DNA of 24,000 nucleotides from Mycoplasma iguanae (GTDB lineage Bacteria; Bacillota_I; Bacilli_A; Mycoplasmatales; Metamycoplasmataceae): NCBI RefSeq assembly GCF_024722375.1, contig NZ_CP102734.1, positions 295,346 to 319,345 of the forward strand, read 5' to 3'. Shown piece by piece: positions 19,832 to 24,000 of this stretch (position 1 is its first letter; each line of letters starts with the position of its first letter). The notes under the pieces were generated by a model. It saw only the letters and a program-made list of their open reading frames with translations, ran no database searches and was not told where the DNA came from. The position numbers and the translations under genes were made by a program.

Positions 19832-20704
19832 CTATTTCTCTTTTTCTTTCTTTTTGTTTTTAGAATTTTCCTGAATTTTTGTTAAAAATGCCCCCGCAAT
19901 AACTCCAGAAGGAATTGCGAATAAAGCAATTCCTAAAAGTGAAACAAATACTACTAAAATTTTTGTTAAAGGAGCATAAGGAATAATATCACCATAGCCA
20001 ATTGTTGTTAAAGTAATGGTTGAAAAGTAAATGGCATCTCAATATGTTTTAATAATATTGGTAGTTTCTTCGATTTGTTGATCTGTTCAATTATTTGCTT
20101 TTACATGAGAGACTTCTGCATTTCAAATTAACAAAGCTAAAAATAATATAATGAAAATAATAAATGCAAAAATATTAATTAATACAATCTTTTGTGATCG
20201 AAATACTTCAAATAAAACACGGAAAGATTTAAAAATACTTACCAATAGTAAGAATCGAAATACTTTAATAACAGAGAGAGCTTCTAAGTAACTGAAAAAT
20301 TGTTTAGATCCCTGATCTAATTCTAAAAAATTATTCAAAGGATAAAGTGAAGATAAAATTCCTAATATTAAAAATAATGAGCTAAAACTAAATAAAAATT
20401 TCAAACGAGGATTTTGTCAATCTTTTGTATATTTAACTGTTCAAAATAGTAATAAATAATCAGCAATCAAAATAATAGCTGCAAGTAATTGACCTCCAGC
20501 AATTCAATATTTTAGCTGCTCTTGGTAGTTTTTGGGAATTGCTAAAATTAAAAGTGAAAATGAGATAGCAAAAAATATAATACCAAAATAAACCCACTGT
20601 CCAAATTTAACTGCAGCAGTATCTTTTGTACTGAATTTTAAATCTTTTTCAATTCAAATTATGCATCCTAATTTTTTTTCGAAGTTTTCAATTTTTTTAT
20701 TCAT
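19832..20704 (-). CDS. Potassium channel protein (6TM, voltage-gated-type architecture)
   Basis: The minus-strand ATG is at 20704, and I checked the frame by hand to TAG (complement of 19832-19834) with TGA=Trp. The K+ selectivity filter is TLTTIGYGD. An S4-like basic helix is VIKVFRFLLLVSIFKSFRVLFEVFR. Track ORF 20123..20404 is the central piece. Product is 290 aa. Confidence 0.85.
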
Positions 20705-20893
20705 AAGTTAATAAATTATATATAAATAAAATTTTAATTTTTTTCAAAATGCCTATATTAGTTTATAATTTCAGTTCAATAAATAAAAACTTATTTTTAA
20801 TAAGTTTTAATATTTCTTTATATTAATTTATTAATTTGATTATAAAAATTCTAGCAATTAGAATTATTTGGTGTTTTACGGAGGCTTTATTAA

Positions 20894-22543
20894 ATGGCTA
20901 AAATTAATTTCTTTGCCTTGGGTGGATTAGATGAAAATGGAAAAAACTGTTATGTTTTAGAAGTTGATAATGATCTTTATATTATTAATAGTGGTACTAA
21001 AGTACCTATTTCTTCAGTTAATGGTGTTGATACTTTAATTCCTGATTTTAAATTTTTAGAGAAAAACCAAAAAAGAATTAAAGGTGTATTTTTAACAGAT
21101 GTTAAAAATGAATCATTTTCAGCAATTCCTTGACTATTAATGCGTGTGAAAAATCTGAAAATTTACTGTTCTGTTTTTTCAAAATTTATTGTTTTGGAAC
21201 GTTTGTCAAAATATAAAATAGGGCACAATAATTTTGAAGTAATTAGTTTGATAAAAAGAACTCAAATTGGTATGGCAACAATTACACCAATTTCAGTTGC
21301 AGGAGCTTTACCGGGAATTAATGGTTACAATTTTGAAACCGCTGATGGAAATATTTTATTTTTATTAAATTTAGTAGTAGGAAATTTAGGTTTATTTGGT
21401 AATACAAATTTAAATTTTATTAAAAAAGTCACAAACAATGAAAAACCATTGCTTGCCTTATTTTTAGATTCAGGAAAGTCAAATTTACCAGGAAAATCCA
21501 TTGATAAAATCGGGATAACTTCCAAAATTGAAAAAGTTTTTCAAGAGACTAAAGAAGAATCAAGAATAATTATTGGTGCTTATGATGAAGAAATGTTTAT
21601 TCTTAATGAAGTTTTAACACTTGCACAAAAAAATGATCGCCCTGTAATAATCTATGGTAGAAACTACAGTCAATTGCTAGAATTATCAATTAGAATCAAC
21701 AAAGAACAAAAAATGCCTAAATTTTTAGAATATAAATATGCTAATAAAACTAAAAATGCAGTTATTTTAGTAGTAGGAAAAGTTGAAAGACTTTATCAAA
21801 GATTTTTAAGAATTACGGAAAAAAATGATGTTTTTTTAAAACTAAAAAGTGAAGATTCAGTTATTATGATTGCTCCCCCTGTCAATGGTTTAGAAGTAAC
21901 ACACGCCTTAACTTTAGATGAAATTGCCAGAATTTCTAAAAATTTAATCGATGTCAGTGAAAGTGAATATTACCCACTTAGACCTGCAAAAGAAGACATC
22001 GCCAAAATTGTGAGTTTTTTAAAACCTGAACATTTCATACCTTTACAAGGACTTTATCGTTATTTAGTTGTTGCTTCACAAGAAGCCAATAAAGCAGGTG
22101 TATCTAAAGCTAAAAGTTATGTGCTTCAAAATGGTAAAACTTTATCTTTTGTAGATGGAAAATTATTTTCACAAAAAGGTTTTATCAAAGATGCTGGTGA
22201 AACAATTATTGATGGTTTTGGAGTAGGTGATATTTCTCATGAAGTTATTCGTGAAAGAGAAACTTTAGGAAGAGATGGTGTAATTTCCATTTCAAGTCTT
22301 TTAAATTATAAAACTAAAAAAATTGAGGGTGAAATTAACATTATTTCATCGGGAACTATCATCAAAGAAATTAAGACAGAAATTCATGATATGATTTCAT
22401 CTATTTTCATACAAGTATGTAATGAAAATAATTTAAAAAATTTAAAAGATGTTCAGGAAAAAATTCGTAAAGTAGTAAGAAAATTAATTTTTAAAAAAAT
22501 TGATAAAGAACCAATAGTTTTGGTAACCTTTTACGAATACTAG
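20894..22543 (+). CDS. RNase J-like beta-CASP family protein lacking the metallo-beta-lactamase metal ligands (probably non-catalytic)
   Basis: ATG 20894 follows ACGGAGG. Track ORFs 20894..21133 and 21140..22543 are joined by TGA=Trp. The protein is colinear with RNase J (FALGGLDENGKNCY, GVDTLIPDFKFLEKNQKRIKGVF, LKPEHFIPL) and similar in length (549 aa). However, HGHEDH is replaced by DVKNES, and the downstream His/Asp ligand positions are also substituted. Confidence 0.75.
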
Positions 22544-22575
22544 AGCTTTTTTCTGGATAATTTAACCTTATTTTT

Positions 22576-22584
22576 TGTTATAAT
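22576..22584 (+). promoter_or_regulatory. Extended -10 promoter (TGtTATAAT) upstream of the 22599 membrane-protein gene
   Basis: An exact TG-n-TATAAT ends 14 nt before ATG 22599, implying a very short leader. Confidence 0.5.
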
Positions 22585-22598
22585 TTGCCTAAATAATT

Positions 22599-23420
22599 AT
22601 GAAAAAACATCTAAAATCTAAGGTTATTACAAACAAAATAATATGATCCCTAACAATGATGATTATAGTATTTTTATTTGTAATTTCCTTTTTTGAAATT
22701 AAAGGTTTAACAACTTTACATAGTTATACTTTTGGTTTGGTATTTGGTATTTTTTCATGGTTATTTTATTTTCTATTTTTTTTAATCGTTTTAAACAAGA
22801 TTTATAAATTACCACTAATAGAATTTAAATATTTTAGATTGTCAATTAGCAAACTATTTTTTTTGTCGATATCTGTAGTTTTTTTATATCTTGTAATCAA
22901 TACTCTTGTAAATAAAATTACTTCAGAACCTTACAGTTCTGTAATTTGAACAGAAAATTTTAATCATTGGTGAGCAAAATTTAAAAATAGTACTAATATT
23001 AACGCTTCAATTTGATTACCTTTTAAATATCATGAAGGTTTACTAATTTTATTTATATATGTTGCATTTTCTTGACTATTAACAATTTGAGCAATTTTAG
23101 CATTAGCTATTATTTCAATTCTTTTTCTTTTTTATTTAATCTTTGCACCTGATAATTTAATTCCAAAATTCTTTACAACTGTTTTTTGGACCCGTTATTA
23201 TATTAGAATCAGTTTATTTTTTAACAAAGACAAACGTCAGCAATTTAAATTAATGGAAAAAGAATTTGAAGCTTCAAAAAATAGAAAATATCAATCTAAT
23301 TCATTATTAAATAATGAAAATGATCCAGAACAAGATGAGATAAACCAAAAAACAAACCAAAACTATAAAGATGAATCAAAGGATCTTGATAAAGATTTAC
23401 CTTTTGATGATCCATTTTAA
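22599..23420 (+). CDS. Hypothetical membrane protein with a charged, acidic C-terminal tail
   Basis: I hand-translated from ATG 22599 to TAA 23418-23420, reading TGA as Trp; track ORF 22656..22949 is a piece. There are several hydrophobic helices (MMIIVFLFVISFF, FGLVFGIFSWLFYFLFFLIVL, LFFLSISVVFLYLVI, LLILFIYVAFSWLLTIWAILALAIISILFLFYLIF). A polar tail of about 70 aa ends ..KDLDKDLPFDDPF. I recognised no family. Product is 273 aa. Confidence 0.65.
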
Positions 23421-23434
23421 GGAGATAAAATAAC

Positions 23435-23773
23435 ATGCATAAAAAAATTGAATTAATGAAATGAGCTGACGCTCAAAAAGAAATAGCTAAAGGACATGTG
23501 TATTTAGAATTCGTTACTGCATGATGCGGTGATTGTAAAATGATGGAACCAATTGTGGACGAAGTTGCTGAAGAATTTGCAGATGATAACAGAATTAGAA
23601 TTATTCGTGTTGATGCAGAAGAAGCTAATCTATTCCGTGATGCAAATAATAAATATCAAGTATTAAAAGTACCAACTCATCTAATATTAAAAGATGGTGA
23701 AATTTTTCGTAAAGGATTCGAATACTATCCAAAGCAAATATTAGTTGAATGAATCAAAGATTCTTTAAAATAA
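23435..23773 (+). CDS. Thioredoxin-fold protein (CxxC redox motif WCGDC)
   Basis: ATG 23435 follows AAGGAG (23419-23424). The string VYLEFVTAWCGDCKMMEPIV has a TGA-encoded W. The cis-Pro region LKVPTHLILKDGE is typical of thioredoxins. The frame extends past TGA 23750 to TAA 23771-23773. Product is 112 aa. Confidence 0.8.
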
Positions 23774-23786
23774 AGAAGGATATAAG

Positions 23787-24000
23787 ATGAAAAAATTATT
23801 AATTATAGGTAATTGAAAAATGAACAAAACTTTGGAAGAAACTGAAAGCTTCCTAAAGGAATTTGAAACTTTATTTACACAAGAAAAAGCTAAAATATCA
23901 CAATATACAGAATTTGGAATTGCTGCGCCTTTTACTTCACTAACTGCTTTTAGGAGTCAAAAATTATTAAATGGTGTTGCACAAAACTTTTCACATCATG
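23787..24000 (+). CDS. tpiA: Triosephosphate isomerase (5' part, continues beyond the window)
   Basis: ATG 23787 follows AAGGA. MKKLLIIGNWKMNKT carries the TIM GNWKMN signature with a TGA-encoded W. It continues ..GIAAPFTSL.. ..VAQNFSH. Confidence 0.9.

Noticed and set aside
20786-20874. Short palindromes in the K+ channel / RNase J-like divergent region: AAAACTTATT-ttt-AATAAGTTTT at 20786-20808 and ATTCTA-gcaat-TAGAAT near 20858-20874
   Set aside because: They are AT-only or very short, so such matches are expected by chance in this composition. I did not promote them to operators, though they sit in a promoter region.
21325-21525. Track ORF (66 aa) antisense to the RNase J-like gene
   Set aside because: It is antisense within a long supported ORF.

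Overview
This is an AT-rich Mollicutes (Mycoplasma-type) chromosomal segment that uses genetic code 4 (TGA = Trp). The supplied standard-code ORF track therefore splits almost every gene at TGA, and I re-joined the pieces by hand-translating both strands. Conserved tryptophans confirm the code: TWWIRQ in sigma-70, GNWKMN in TpiA, WCGDC in the thioredoxin-like protein, and WP/WG/WL positions in MetRS. The backbone is housekeeping. In order it carries rpoD, a Nif3-like gene and nfo (+); metG and a YfiC-type methyltransferase (-); rpsT (+); rpmG, secE and nusG (-); a stand-alone tRNA-His; a minimal dcw cluster (mraZ, rsmH, a divergent ftsA-like gene, ftsZ); apt; an RNase J-like gene; a thioredoxin-like gene; and the 5' end of tpiA. 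Accessory content is embedded in this backbone. (1) A solitary 689-codon gamma-class N6-adenine DNA methyltransferase has a possible N-terminal PD-(D/E)xK nuclease motif (Type IIG-like). Its 5' end holds a (GA)11 tract that currently puts it out of frame and one unit away from ON, making it a candidate phase-variable epigenetic or restriction switch. (2) A NERD-domain gene and a DUF45/YgjP-type metallopeptidase gene sit side by side, each broken by two single-base indels. (3) A roughly 774-codon membrane-anchored proline-rich surface protein is split by one extra A. (4) A 6TM potassium channel carries a TTIGYGD filter. Other points are an RNase J homologue that has lost every metal ligand, three GTGGAA boxes at 10-bp phase over the mraZ start (MraZ operator), and a perfect 17-bp inverted repeat in the region upstream of rpoD. 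I saw no rRNA, CRISPR array, transposase or prophage genes. All homology statements come from by-eye motif recognition, and no database search was run.
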